DNA of 64,000 nucleotides. It comes from Rhodospirillales bacterium. Its GTDB lineage: Bacteria; Pseudomonadota; Alphaproteobacteria; Acetobacterales; Acetobacteraceae. Below, piece after piece: positions 30,366 through 40,257 of the stretch (its first letter is position 1; each line of letters starts with the position of its first letter). Made by a program: the position numbers and the translations under genes. Location: the NCBI GenBank assembly GCA_947458025.1, contig CANHCJ010000002.1:6455-70454 (forward strand), written 5' to 3'. Below the pieces are notes generated by a model. The model saw only the letters and a program-made list of their open reading frames with translations, ran no database searches and was not told the origin of the DNA.

Positions 30366-31177
30366 GCCCAACCGTCGTCATCACCGGCGCGCGCGGGAAC
30401 CTCGGCACCAAGCTCCGAACCCACTTCACCAGTCTCGGCTGGACCGTCCGCCTGCTCGATCTCCACGCGGGCGGTGACCCCGCCATCCACGAGGCCGATC
30501 TCGCCACATACAGCGAAAGCTGGGCCTCCGATTTCGATGCCGCCAACGCCGTGATCCATCTCGCCGGCGACCCGAGCCCCTCGGCCAGTTGGTCCTCCGT
30601 CCAGCGCCTCAATATCGACCTCACGCAGAACGTCTACGAGGCCGCCTCGCGCCACGGCGCCAGGCGCGTCATCTTCGCCAGTTCCAACTGGACCATGGCC
30701 GGCCACCGCTTCGCCGACTTCCCCCTGACCACCGACCGGGAGCCGGCCCCGGTCAACCCCTACGGCGTCTCCAAGCTGATCGGCGAGCACATCGGTCGCG
30801 CCTTCGCCGAGCATCGCGGCGTTTCTTCCATCAGCTTCCGCATCGGCTACTGCCAGACCGGCGAGAACGTACCCGGCCCGCACATGGGCTGGGGGCGATG
30901 GGGCCAGCAAATGTGGCTGTCGAACCGCGATTTCTGCCACGCCATGGAACGGGCCGTGTTGGCCGAACAAGTGCCCTTCGCGGTGCTCAACCTCATGAGC
31001 AACAATCCGGGCATGCGCTGGGACATTGAAACCACGAAGCGCACCATCGGGTACGCCCCCCAGGACTCCCACGAGGTCGTCGTCACGCCGGAAATCAAGC
31101 AGGACGAAGCAGCCGCACGCAGCACCCGCGACCTCCAGTCGCAACTCTACGCCATGGATCACGCCCGCCGCTGGTAG
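30362..31177 (+). CDS. NAD-dependent epimerase/dehydratase-family SDR (uronate-dehydrogenase-like size and motifs)
   Basis: ITGARGNLG Rossmann motif and YGVSK (YxxxK). ATGA overlap with the M28 gene. Confidence 0.7.
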   Translation: MSPTVVITGARGNLGTKLRTHFTSLGWTVRLLDLHAGGDPAIHEADLATYSESWASDFDAANAVIHLAGDPSPSASWSSVQRLNIDLTQNVYEAASRHGARRVIFASSNWTMAGHRFADFPLTTDREPAPVNPYGVSKLIGEHIGRAFAEHRGVSSISFRIGYCQTGENVPGPHMGWGRWGQQMWLSNRDFCHAMERAVLAEQVPFAVLNLMSNNPGMRWDIETTKRTIGYAPQDSHEVVVTPEIKQDEAAARSTRDLQSQLYAMDHARRW

Positions 31178-31183
31178 CGCCGC

Positions 31184-32173
31184 CTACCCCGCCGCTATCC
31201 GCGCCTGCAACTGCGCCACCCGAGCCATGGCACCTGGCGAAAGCGGCCCCTTTTCGAACGCCGCTATCGCCGTCTCCAAATGGTCCGGATCGGAGAAACC
31301 CACCAACACCGTCGACATGCAGTCATTGCTGATGGCGTAGCGCATGGCAGCCTCCACCAGCGACCCGGCGAACCCCTCCTGCACAAGCGGCAGCAGCTTG
31401 CGAGCATTCGCCAAGTCAGCCGCGTAGGTCGGCGAGGACCCGATCGGCGGCACACTCTGCATCGCGGTCGGATGCCGCCCATCGAGGCCGGAGAGCGCCC
31501 CGGCCGCCAGAACCCGAATGCCGATCACCCCCACCCCGTTCTCGCGCGCCCGCAGAATCAACTGCCGGTAATCGGTCGCGGGAAACCCCTTTGGCAATCC
31601 CCGGACCGGGCTGGGGTTCAGCATGTTCAGCGGCACCTGGGCAGAATCGATCCGCCCCGAAGCCACCACCTCATGCATCGGCCCGGCATCGCCGATCGCG
31701 GTCACTCCCACCCACCGCACCTTACCGTCAGCCTGGAGCCGTTCGAAGGCGGGCAACACCTCATCCAATACCACCGGCACAGGCAGGTTGGCCGGCGCAC
31801 CCACGGGTGCGATTGGGTTGTGCAGCTGGAACAGGTCAACGTTGTCCCGCCCCAGCCGCTTCAGGCTCGCCTCCAATGAAGCGACGATCTCCGCGCCGAT
31901 CCTGCCGGGCGCCGCCTCGCGCAGCCGAACCTTGGTGCCCACCACCACGTCGGCCTGCAACGTCCGCAGCACCCGCCCCAGATTGACCTCCGACTCGCCA
32001 GACCCGTAGTCGGGCGCTGTGTCGAAGTAGTTCACCCCGGCCGCGATCGCCCGCGCCACGGCCCGCTCCTGGTCCGCCGCCGAGCCACGCACCATCAGCC
32101 CGCCTACAGCCCCGCAGCCGAAGCCAAGCAGCCCCAATGAGAGCCCGGTCCGCCCGAAAACGCGCTGCTCCAT
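31184..32173 (-). CDS. Aldo/keto reductase
   Basis: FGCGAVGG, NYFDTAPDYG and LFQLHN motifs. It lies 4 nt downstream of the ACAD gene. Confidence 0.8.
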   Translation of the reverse strand: MEQRVFGRTGLSLGLLGFGCGAVGGLMVRGSAADQERAVARAIAAGVNYFDTAPDYGSGESEVNLGRVLRTLQADVVVGTKVRLREAAPGRIGAEIVASLEASLKRLGRDNVDLFQLHNPIAPVGAPANLPVPVVLDEVLPAFERLQADGKVRWVGVTAIGDAGPMHEVVASGRIDSAQVPLNMLNPSPVRGLPKGFPATDYRQLILRARENGVGVIGIRVLAAGALSGLDGRHPTAMQSVPPIGSSPTYAADLANARKLLPLVQEGFAGSLVEAAMRYAISNDCMSTVLVGFSDPDHLETAIAAFEKGPLSPGAMARVAQLQARIAAG

Positions 32174-32177
32174 CCGG

Positions 32178-33407
32178 TCAGCGCTTCCCGCTTGGGAGCC
32201 GATTGAACGGGATGTCCTTGTCCACCCGGATGTCGCCGGGCAGCCCGAGCACCCGTTCGGCCACGATGTTGCGCAGGATCTCGTCCGTCCCGCCCGCGAT
32301 CCGCGACGCCGGAGAAGACAACAGCGCCTCCTGGAACATCGCCTGCATAGGTGACAGGTCTTTGTCCATCACCATGCCGGCGGACCCCAGCAGATCCAGC
32401 CCGAAGCTCGCGATCTCCTGAAGCTTCGCCGCGTTCACCAGCTTGCCGATCGAAGATTCCGGCCCCGGCGTCTGCCCGCGCGAAAGCGCCGTCATGGTAC
32501 GGAACCGGGTATACTTCAGCCCCTGGCTTCGCACGTGCATGTCCGCAATCTTTTCGCGCACCGACACGTTGTTGATCGCCGGCTCGCCATCCAGCTCCAC
32601 CGCCCGGGCCAACTCCAGCAAATCCTCCGTATCCGGCCGCGGGACGTCGCCGATAGCGAGGCGTTCGTTCATCAGCGTGGTCAACGCCACGCGCCACCCC
32701 TGCCCCACCGCGCCCAAGCGTTGGCTGTCCGGCACCTTCACGTCCGTGAAGAACACCTCGTTGAAGTGCGATGCGCCCGAAGCCTGCTTGATCGGCCGGA
32801 TCTCGATCCCGGGCGACTTCATGTCGAGAAAAAAGAAGCTCAACCCCATGTGCTTCGGCACATCAGGATTGCTGCGCACCACAATTATCCCGAAATCGGA
32901 GAACTGCGCGCCGGAGGTCCAGATCTTCTGCCCGTTGATCGTCCAGGTGTCGCCGTTCTTCTCCGCCCGCGTACGCACTGCGGCCACGTCAGATCCGCCC
33001 GCGGGCTCCGAGAACAGCTGGCACCACACCTCCTCACCGTGCAGCGCCTTGGGCACATAGCGGCGCAGCTGCTCGGGCGTGGCATAGGCCATCATGGTCG
33101 GAATGCACATGCCCAGCCCGATCTCGAACACGCCGCGGGGCACCGCATAGGCCTCCTCCTCCTGGTTGTAGATCACCTGGAAGATCTGCGTCAGCTCGCG
33201 CCCGCCCCATTCCTTGGGCCATGTCAGACCCACCAGTCCGGCATCGTGCTTGGCTGCCTGGAACCGCTTCGCGCGGGCCAGCTCCTCCGCTCCCACGTGC
33301 CGGGCACGCCCTGGCACGCCCCGCTTCTTCGGCTCAGCATTGGCCGCCAGGAACGTACGCACCTCCGCCCGGAAGGCGGCCTCTTGGGGGGTATCCTCGA
33401 AGTCCAT
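32178..33407 (-). CDS. Acyl-CoA dehydrogenase (second gene of adjacent ACAD pair 1)
   Basis: MDFEDTPQEAAFR start with GGAGGA upstream, FSEPAGGSD and WTSGA motifs. The C-terminal motif is IAGGTDEI. Confidence 0.85.
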   Translation of the reverse strand: MDFEDTPQEAAFRAEVRTFLAANAEPKKRGVPGRARHVGAEELARAKRFQAAKHDAGLVGLTWPKEWGGRELTQIFQVIYNQEEEAYAVPRGVFEIGLGMCIPTMMAYATPEQLRRYVPKALHGEEVWCQLFSEPAGGSDVAAVRTRAEKNGDTWTINGQKIWTSGAQFSDFGIIVVRSNPDVPKHMGLSFFFLDMKSPGIEIRPIKQASGASHFNEVFFTDVKVPDSQRLGAVGQGWRVALTTLMNERLAIGDVPRPDTEDLLELARAVELDGEPAINNVSVREKIADMHVRSQGLKYTRFRTMTALSRGQTPGPESSIGKLVNAAKLQEIASFGLDLLGSAGMVMDKDLSPMQAMFQEALLSSPASRIAGGTDEILRNIVAERVLGLPGDIRVDKDIPFNRLPSGKR

Positions 33408-33420
33408 CGGTCGGTCCTCC

Positions 33421-34530
33421 TCAGGCAGCGTTGCGGGTTTCAAGGGCGGCCACGACCCGGTCCTTCCACCAGGGCGCCGAGCCCAGCGTCAGGCCCAGCA
33501 ACTTGGCTCGCCGATAATACAAATGGCAGTCCATCTCCCAAGTGAAGCCGATGCCGCCATGGGTCTGGATATTCTCCTTGGCCGCCAGCCACGCGGCCTC
33601 GGTGGCACTCACGCGCGCCGAGGCCGCCGCCAACGGCAGCTCGGCCGCCCCCACACCCAGCGCCCAGGCCCCAAAATAGGCGTTCGACCGCGCCAGTTCA
33701 GTCGCCACGTAAACATCGGCGAGCTTGTGCTTAATAGCTTGGAAAGACCCGATCGGCCGCCCGAATGCATGCCGCTCCATCGCAAAGGCCACCGCCATAT
33801 CCAGGCATTTCTGCGCCAGGCCCACCTGCTCGAATGCGATCAGCACGGCCGCCCGGTCAAGCACCTGGATCAACGTCTCCCACCCATCGCCCGGCAACAC
33901 CTCCACCGGAACACCGTCGAAGCTCAGCTTTGCCTGCTCACGCGTCGGATCCACTGTGTTCAGTGCCTCCGGATGCACCCCGGCCCCACCAAGCCGCGCC
34001 AGGGCCAGCACGATCCGGTCCGTCTCGTCGCGCGCCACCACGATGGCGATATCGGCCAACCCGCCATCCGCCACCGGCCATTTCACCCCGGTCAGCTTCC
34101 CTCCGCTGACCCGCGCCTTGATCCGCGCCGGATCCGGGTTGCCCGTCCCTTCGGCCCACGCCAGCGTTCCGATCAGGTCTCCCGCGACCAGCTTCGGCAG
34201 CAACTCGTCTTTCTGCGCCTCGCTGCCCGCCAACAGCAGCGCCTCGGTAGCCAGGTACACGGAAGAGGAAAATGGCACCGGCGCCAGCGCCCGCCCGAGT
34301 TCCTCGGCCAGAACGCACAATCCCACATGCCCCAGCCCAGCCCCGCCATACTCCTCCGGTACTGCGGCCCCCAGCCACCCCATGGCCGCGATCTCCTGCC
34401 ACATGGCCCGGTCGTAGGGCGCCACGCCATCCAGCACCTGGCGGATGCGCTTCGATGTCGAATGCTCGGTCAGGAACCGCCGCGCCTGGTCCCGCAGCTG
34501 GTGCTGCTCCTCGGAGAAGTCGAAGTTCAT
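33421..34530 (-). CDS. Acyl-CoA dehydrogenase family protein (first gene of adjacent ACAD pair 1)
   Basis: MNFDFSEEQHQLRD start at 34530 and a GGIGFTWE motif. It has no C-terminal EGT-type motif. The 538-aa ORF in the track is an upstream artefact extension. Confidence 0.8.
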   Translation of the reverse strand: MNFDFSEEQHQLRDQARRFLTEHSTSKRIRQVLDGVAPYDRAMWQEIAAMGWLGAAVPEEYGGAGLGHVGLCVLAEELGRALAPVPFSSSVYLATEALLLAGSEAQKDELLPKLVAGDLIGTLAWAEGTGNPDPARIKARVSGGKLTGVKWPVADGGLADIAIVVARDETDRIVLALARLGGAGVHPEALNTVDPTREQAKLSFDGVPVEVLPGDGWETLIQVLDRAAVLIAFEQVGLAQKCLDMAVAFAMERHAFGRPIGSFQAIKHKLADVYVATELARSNAYFGAWALGVGAAELPLAAASARVSATEAAWLAAKENIQTHGGIGFTWEMDCHLYYRRAKLLGLTLGSAPWWKDRVVAALETRNAA

Positions 34531-34672
34531 GGCCGCTCCACCCTTGCCTCCCGCTGCGTTCCGGCGGGTGCGGGAGCCTAGACTCATCGCACCACGCGGA
34601 GCAAACTCAACATGCACTTGCCCAGCCTCGACAGGGCAAGCACCCCTTCTTCCCGGTGAGGAAACGAAAACA

Positions 34673-35572
34673 ATGGCGACATTCCTGGACGGCCGCGTGG
34701 CCATCGTAACCGGCGCTGGCCGCGGCATCGGCCGCGAGCACGCCATCATGCTGGCCAAGTACGGCGCCCGCGTGGTCGTTAACGACCTCGGCGGCAGCAC
34801 CGACGGCACCGGCAAGGACGAGACCCCTGCCCAGGAAGTCGTCCGTACCATCAAGGAAGCCGGTGGCGAGGCGGTCGTGAACACCGAGAACGTCGCCGAC
34901 TTCCTCGGCGCCAAGCGCATGGTGGAGCAGGCGATCGACACCTTCGGCACGCTCGACATCCTCATCAACAACGCCGGCATCCTGCGCGACCGCGTGCTGG
35001 CGAACATGATGGAGGAAGAGTGGGATGCGGTGATCAACGTTCATCTCAAGGGCACCTTCGCCCCCTCGCGCCACGCCGCCGCCTACTGGCGCAACAAGTC
35101 CAAGGACATCAACGGCCCGGTCAACGCCCGCCTGATCAACACGTCCTCGGTCTCGGGCATCTACGGCAACACCGGTCAAACCAACTACGGCGCCGCCAAG
35201 GCCGGCATCGCCGCGTTCACCGTGATCGCCGCCCGCGAACTAGGTCGCTACGGCGTCACCTGCAATGCCGTCGCCCCCCAGGCCCTCACCCGCATGACCG
35301 AGGGCCTGCGCGAAATGAGCGAGGAACAGAAGGCCGCCCGCAACCCCGCCTTCGTCTCGCCTCCGATCGTCTGGATCGCCAGCGCCGAGAGCAAGGACTT
35401 CACCGGCCGCATCGTGGAAGCCGGCGGCGGCCTGCTCGCCATCTCCGAGGGCTGGCATCGTGGCCCCACGGTCCCCTGGATGGCCGACCCGTCGCAGATG
35501 GGCAAGGTGATGTACGACCTGCAGTCCAAGGCCCGCAAGAACGCCGGCATGAACGGCATGGACCTCGACTGA
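34673..35572 (+). CDS. SDR oxidoreductase, MFE-2/Hsd4A-type 3-hydroxyacyl-CoA dehydrogenase-like
   Basis: VTGAGRGIGREHA...VVVNDLGG, NNAGILRD and YGAAK motifs. Confidence 0.75.
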   Translation: MATFLDGRVAIVTGAGRGIGREHAIMLAKYGARVVVNDLGGSTDGTGKDETPAQEVVRTIKEAGGEAVVNTENVADFLGAKRMVEQAIDTFGTLDILINNAGILRDRVLANMMEEEWDAVINVHLKGTFAPSRHAAAYWRNKSKDINGPVNARLINTSSVSGIYGNTGQTNYGAAKAGIAAFTVIAARELGRYGVTCNAVAPQALTRMTEGLREMSEEQKAARNPAFVSPPIVWIASAESKDFTGRIVEAGGGLLAISEGWHRGPTVPWMADPSQMGKVMYDLQSKARKNAGMNGMDLD

Positions 35573-35576
35573 CGCC

Positions 35577-37166
35577 ATGCCCCAGGCCGCCCCGCGGGAG
35601 CAATCCGTTCCGGCACGCATGACGGGGGCAATGTACCCCGGCGAGCACGCCACCACTATGCCCAACCGCGCGGCGGCCATCCGCTCCGACACCGGCGAGG
35701 CGTTGACCTATCGCGACCTTGACGCAAAGTCGAACCGTCTGGCGCAGCTCCTTCATCACAAGGGGCTGCGCCGCGGTGACCGCATCGGGTTGCTGATGGA
35801 GAACCGGCTCGACTATTTCGTGGTGATGTGGGCGGCAATCCGCTCCGGCCTCACCATCACCGCCATCAACCGCTACCTCACGCCCGAGGAAGCCGCCTAC
35901 GTCGTCACCGACTGCGGCGCCAAGGCGCTCGTCACGACGCTCGACCGCGCCGAAACCGCGGTCCCGCTCGCGTCACTCATCCCTGCCTGTGCGCTACGCC
36001 TCATGATCGACGGCACCGAAGCGGGCTACGAAAGCTTCGAGCAGGCTGTCGCCGCGATGCCCACGACACCGCTGGCCGAGGAATGGCTCGGCGACACCAT
36101 GCTGTATTCCTCCGGCACCACCGGCCGACCCAAGGGGATCAAGCGCGCCACGGTCGATGCCCGCATCACCGAGGCCTTCCCTGGCTTGGACCGCTTTCTC
36201 GACCACGGCTTCCGGCGCGACATGATCTACCTGTCGCCCGCGCCGCTGTATCACGCCGCCCCGCTCGCCTTCTGCATGGCCACACACCGCTTCGGTGGCA
36301 CCGTGGTGCTGATGCCGCGCTTCGACCCCGTCGAGGCGCTGCGCGCCATTGAGCGCCACCGCGTCACCCACAGCCAGTGGGTGCCGACCATGTTTGTCCG
36401 CATGCTCAAGCTCGCCCCGGCCGAACGCGAGGGCTTCGACCTGTCCAGCCACACCCACGCGATCCACGCGGCCGCGCCCTGCCCGGTGGAGGTAAAGCGG
36501 CAAATGATCGAGTGGTGGGGACCGATCATCACGGAATACTACGGCGGCACGGAAGGCAACGGCTTCACCGTCATTACCAGCCAGGAGGCACTGGAGCGCC
36601 CCGGCTCGGTTGGCCGCGCCAATGTCGGCATCATCCGCATCTGCGACGACGAGGGCACCGTGTTGCCCCCTGGCCAGGACGGCCTAGTCTATTTCGAACG
36701 CGATACGCTTCCCTTCGCCTACCACAACGATCCCGAAAAGACCCGTCGCGCCCAGCACCCGGTCCACCCCACCTGGACCACGCTCGGCGACATCGGCCAT
36801 CTCGATGCCGACGGCTACCTCTACCTCACCGACCGCAAGGCCTTCATGATCATCTCAGGCGGGGTCAACATCTACCCGCAGCAGATCGAGGACGCGCTGA
36901 TCACCCACCCCAAGGTCCGCGACGCCGCCGTCATCGGCATCCCCAACCCCGACCTGGGCGAGGAGGTGAAGGCCGTGGTGGAGGCCGCCGACGGCATCGA
37001 GCCCGACCAAGTCCTGGCCGAGGAACTCACCGCCTATCTGAAAACCCGCGTCGCCCGCTACATGATCCCGAAATCGATCGACTTCACCGACGCGCTGCCC
37101 CGCTTGCCCACGGGCAAGCTCTACAAGGCTGCGCTGCGCGACAAGTATCGCGGACCAACCGGCTGA
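35577..37166 (+). CDS. Acyl-CoA synthetase / AMP-dependent ligase
   Basis: YSSGTTGRPKG (AMP-binding) and YYGGTEG motifs, with a C-terminal PRLPTGKLYK. The start is ambiguous among several N-terminal Met codons. Confidence 0.85.
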   Translation: MPQAAPREQSVPARMTGAMYPGEHATTMPNRAAAIRSDTGEALTYRDLDAKSNRLAQLLHHKGLRRGDRIGLLMENRLDYFVVMWAAIRSGLTITAINRYLTPEEAAYVVTDCGAKALVTTLDRAETAVPLASLIPACALRLMIDGTEAGYESFEQAVAAMPTTPLAEEWLGDTMLYSSGTTGRPKGIKRATVDARITEAFPGLDRFLDHGFRRDMIYLSPAPLYHAAPLAFCMATHRFGGTVVLMPRFDPVEALRAIERHRVTHSQWVPTMFVRMLKLAPAEREGFDLSSHTHAIHAAAPCPVEVKRQMIEWWGPIITEYYGGTEGNGFTVITSQEALERPGSVGRANVGIIRICDDEGTVLPPGQDGLVYFERDTLPFAYHNDPEKTRRAQHPVHPTWTTLGDIGHLDADGYLYLTDRKAFMIISGGVNIYPQQIEDALITHPKVRDAAVIGIPNPDLGEEVKAVVEAADGIEPDQVLAEELTAYLKTRVARYMIPKSIDFTDALPRLPTGKLYKAALRDKYRGPTG

Positions 37167-37192
37167 CCACTCGCAACGGAGGAACCCCCCCC

Positions 37193-37606
37193 ATGTCCGA
37201 CGCCCCCAAGCGGCCCCGGCCGCAGCCCACGCCAGAGACGAAATTCTTCTGGGAAGGATGCGCCCGCGGCGAACTCCTGCTCCAGAAGGACAACGTCACC
37301 GGCAAGTGCTACTTCCCGCCCCGCCCCTTCGTGCCCGGCACCGGCAGCACCGACATCTCCATCGTGAAGGCATCGGGCAAGGGCCGGCTGTATAGCTACG
37401 TCATCAACCATCGCCCGCCCCCGGGCTTCACCGCCCCCTATGCCATCGCCGTCGTCGAGCTCGATGAAGGCGTGCGCATGATGACCAACATCGTCGACTG
37501 CCCGCAGACGCCCGAGGCGCTGGTGCTCGACATGCCCGTCGAGGTCACCTTCGAGAAGATCGACGACGAGATCTCACTTCCCCTGTTCCGTCCGGCGAAG
37601 GGCTGA
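37193..37606 (+). CDS. DUF35 Zn-ribbon/OB-fold acyl-CoA-associated protein
   Basis: ATG 37193 follows GGAGGA. FWEGCARGELLLQK...CYFPPR is the N-terminal ribbon-like part, followed by an OB-like part. It sits directly upstream of the thiolase-like gene. Confidence 0.75.
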   Translation: MSDAPKRPRPQPTPETKFFWEGCARGELLLQKDNVTGKCYFPPRPFVPGTGSTDISIVKASGKGRLYSYVINHRPPPGFTAPYAIAVVELDEGVRMMTNIVDCPQTPEALVLDMPVEVTFEKIDDEISLPLFRPAKG

Positions 37607-37610
37607 TCCC

Positions 37611-38750
37611 ATGCTGAAACCCCGCGAAATCGCCGTCGTCGGCGCGGCCGAAACCACCAGCCTGGGCAAGATCCCGGGCATGTCCAACATCCAGCTCCAC
37701 GCCGACTGCGCGCTGAATGCTATCCGCGATGCAGGCCTCAAGGTCAGCGACATCGACGGCATCGCCTGCGCCGGCGAAAGCCCCACCAACGTCGCCCACT
37801 ACCTCGGCATTGTCCCGAAGTATGTGGACGGCACCGGCGTCGGCGGCTGCTCGTTCATGATCCACGTCCGCCACGCCGCCGCGGCCATCAGCGCCGGCCT
37901 GTGCAAGACCGTGCTGATCACCCACGGCGAATCCGGCAACTCGCGCATCGGCCTCAACCGCCCGGCGCCGAACCCGCAGGCGCTGGCCGGCCAATTCGAG
38001 GCCCCCTACGGCCCCTTCGGCCCGCCCACCATGTTCACCATCCCGGTGCTGCGCTACCTCAAGACCTACGGCCTCACCGAGGAACACCTCGCCATGGTGG
38101 CCGTCATCCAGCGCGAATGGTCGTCCAAGAACACCCGCGCCTCCATGCGCGACCTCACCACGGTCGAGGGCGTGCTCGGCAGCCGCATGATCGCCTACCC
38201 GTTCCGCCTGCTCATGTGCTGCCTGGTCACCGACGGCGGCGGCGCCCTGATCCTCACCTCGGCCGATCGCGCCAAGGACTTCCCGAACAAGCCCGTCTAC
38301 ATCCTCGGCACGGGTGAGTCGGTGGAAACGCCGATGATCTCGCAGATGCGCGACTTCACCTCCTCGGCCGCCTTCAAGGTCGCCGGCCCCACGGCCATGA
38401 ACGCCGCCGGCATCAAGCACAGCGACGTCGATCACCTCATGATCTACGACGCCTTCGCCCACCTGCCGCTCTACGGCCTGGAGGATCTCGGCTTCTGCAA
38501 GCCCGGCGAAGCCGCACACTACATATGGGAACGCAACACCGCCCCCGGCGGCAAGCTCCCGCTCAATACCAACGGCGGCGGACTGTCCTACACCCACACC
38601 GGGATGTACGGCATGTTCGCCCTGCAGGAGAGCGTACGCCAGATGCGCGGCACCGCCGATGCCCAGATCAAGGGCGCGAAGGTCAGTGTCTGCCACGGCG
38701 TGGGCGGCATGTTCGCTGCCTCGGGCACGATCGTGTTCGGCAACGAGTAG
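37611..38750 (+). CDS. Thiolase-fold SCP-x/lipid-transfer-type protein (thiolase or retro-aldolase partner of DUF35)
   Basis: 379 aa with GGCSF, NTNGGGLSYTH and VCHGVGGM motifs. It starts 4 nt after the DUF35 stop. Confidence 0.8.
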   Translation: MLKPREIAVVGAAETTSLGKIPGMSNIQLHADCALNAIRDAGLKVSDIDGIACAGESPTNVAHYLGIVPKYVDGTGVGGCSFMIHVRHAAAAISAGLCKTVLITHGESGNSRIGLNRPAPNPQALAGQFEAPYGPFGPPTMFTIPVLRYLKTYGLTEEHLAMVAVIQREWSSKNTRASMRDLTTVEGVLGSRMIAYPFRLLMCCLVTDGGGALILTSADRAKDFPNKPVYILGTGESVETPMISQMRDFTSSAAFKVAGPTAMNAAGIKHSDVDHLMIYDAFAHLPLYGLEDLGFCKPGEAAHYIWERNTAPGGKLPLNTNGGGLSYTHTGMYGMFALQESVRQMRGTADAQIKGAKVSVCHGVGGMFAASGTIVFGNE

Positions 38751-38781
38751 CTCCAGGGCCCTGCCCTGAACGACAGCCGAT

Positions 38782-38814
38782 GAAGCCGGGACCCTCGTCC
38801 CGGCTTCTTTCGTT
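38782..38814 (+). terminator. Rho-independent terminator hairpin (possibly bidirectional)
   Basis: GAAGCCGGGAC-cctc-GTCCCGGCTTC is a perfect 11-bp stem, followed by TTTCGTT. It lies between convergent stops at 38750 and 38813. Confidence 0.75.
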
Positions 38815-39193
38815 ACCGGACCACCCTCGGCATGGCCGCGAAGATCACGAACAACCCCAGCGACAGCAATCCGGCGGGCGTGGCGAAGTGCCCCACCCAC
38901 TCCCCCGGCCCCATCCCGCGCAGCCCCATGGAGCCAAGCAACTCCGCCACCATCAACAGCCCGAACGCTACCAGCCCCAGCCGCAACCGTGCCTCCACAG
39001 GGACCGCGAATCGGCGAACCACCCAGCGCGCCGCGGCCCAGCACGCCAGCATCATCGCCGGTGCCTCAACCATGATCGACGCCAGATTTCCCAGGCGCGG
39101 CCGCACCACCAGTTCCCGTCCGACCCCCAGCACGAACCCCATCGCGAACACCGCGGCGAAGTAGGCCAAGGCTGCGCGGCCTACCCTCCCCAC
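38813..39193 (-). CDS. Small hydrophobic membrane protein, unknown function
   Basis: 126 aa with 3-4 predicted TM helices. The GTG start overlaps the CoA-transferase stop by 13 nt. No family recognised. Confidence 0.5.
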   Translation of the reverse strand: MGRVGRAALAYFAAVFAMGFVLGVGRELVVRPRLGNLASIMVEAPAMMLACWAAARWVVRRFAVPVEARLRLGLVAFGLLMVAELLGSMGLRGMGPGEWVGHFATPAGLLSLGLFVIFAAMPRVVR

Positions 39194-40257
39194 GCCTTGG
39201 CCACTTCCCCAGGCGTCGTCGCCGCGTTCCCCCGCACTGCTGAAGGGGTCCCGAAAAACCGCGGCGCCGGTCCCGGCGCCGTCACGCCATTCACCTGGAC
39301 GAAGGTACCGCGTGCCACATTATGCGGATGCGCCGGCGCCTCCGCCAGGGAGAGCACCGGCGCCACCACCGCGTCCGTGGCCCCCATCAGCGCATCCCAC
39401 TCGGCCCGCGTCTTTGTCCGGATCACCGCCGCCAGCTTCTCCCGTAACTCCGGCCAAGCTGCCCGATCGCGCTGCCGGTCGAACGCTGCATCATCCAGTC
39501 CCGCCAGCTTGCGCAGCAGCGCATAGAACTGCGGCTCAATCGCCCCGATCGCAATATGCCCGCCATCGGCGCATTCATAGGTCCCGTAGAAATGCGCCCC
39601 GCCATCCAGCATGTTGGCCTCGCGCTCCGCCGTCCAGGCCCCCGCCGACATCATCCCATGGAAGGGCGAGGTCAGGCTCGCCACGCAGTCCGACATGGCG
39701 GTGTCCACCACCTGCCCCTTGCCACTCCGCCGCGCCTCGATCACAGCCGCCAGGATCCCCATGCATAGGTACAGCGCGCCGCCCCCGAAATCCCCCACCA
39801 GGTTCAATGGCGGAACTGGCTTGTCCCGTGTCCCGATCGCCCCCAGGGCCCCGGCCACCGCGATATAGGTGATGTCGTGCCCGGCCACCTGCGCCAGCGG
39901 CCCCTCCTGCCCCCACCCTGTCATCCGGCCATAGACAAGCTTCGGGTTGCGCCCCAACACCAAATCCGGCCCCAGCCCCAACCGCTCCATCACCCCGGGC
40001 CGGAACCCCTCGATCAGCACTTCGGCCCGATCCAGCAGCGAAAGCGCCTCCGCCACGTCCTCGGCCTTCTTCAGGTCCAGTTGCACCAGCCGCCGCCCGC
40101 GCAGTGTCACGTCGCTCGGGCGATGTTGCGTGCCTGGCCGGTCGATGCGCACCACATCGGCCCCCATGTCCGCCAACAGCATCGCCGCGAACGGCCCCGG
40201 CCCAATCCCCGCGAACTCCACCACCCGCAGTCCCGAAAGCGGTCCCGGATTGGCCAT
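39181..40257 (-). CDS. Family III CoA-transferase (CaiB/BaiF/alpha-methylacyl-CoA racemase-like)
   Basis: [34 protein letters not shown]-terminus. 358 aa. Confidence 0.85.
   Translation of the reverse strand: MANPGPLSGLRVVEFAGIGPGPFAAMLLADMGADVVRIDRPGTQHRPSDVTLRGRRLVQLDLKKAEDVAEALSLLDRAEVLIEGFRPGVMERLGLGPDLVLGRNPKLVYGRMTGWGQEGPLAQVAGHDITYIAVAGALGAIGTRDKPVPPLNLVGDFGGGALYLCMGILAAVIEARRSGKGQVVDTAMSDCVASLTSPFHGMMSAGAWTAEREANMLDGGAHFYGTYECADGGHIAIGAIEPQFYALLRKLAGLDDAAFDRQRDRAAWPELREKLAAVIRTKTRAEWDALMGATDAVVAPVLSLAEAPAHPHNVARGTFVQVNGVTAPGPAPRFFGTPSAVRGNAATTPGEVAKAWGG

Noticed and set aside
34531-35037. N-terminal 169-aa extension of the ACAD ORF (33421-35037 minus)
   Set aside because: The extension is antisense to the SDR gene and is Ser/Met/Arg-rich. 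The canonical ACAD N-terminus MNFDFSEEQ begins at 34530.
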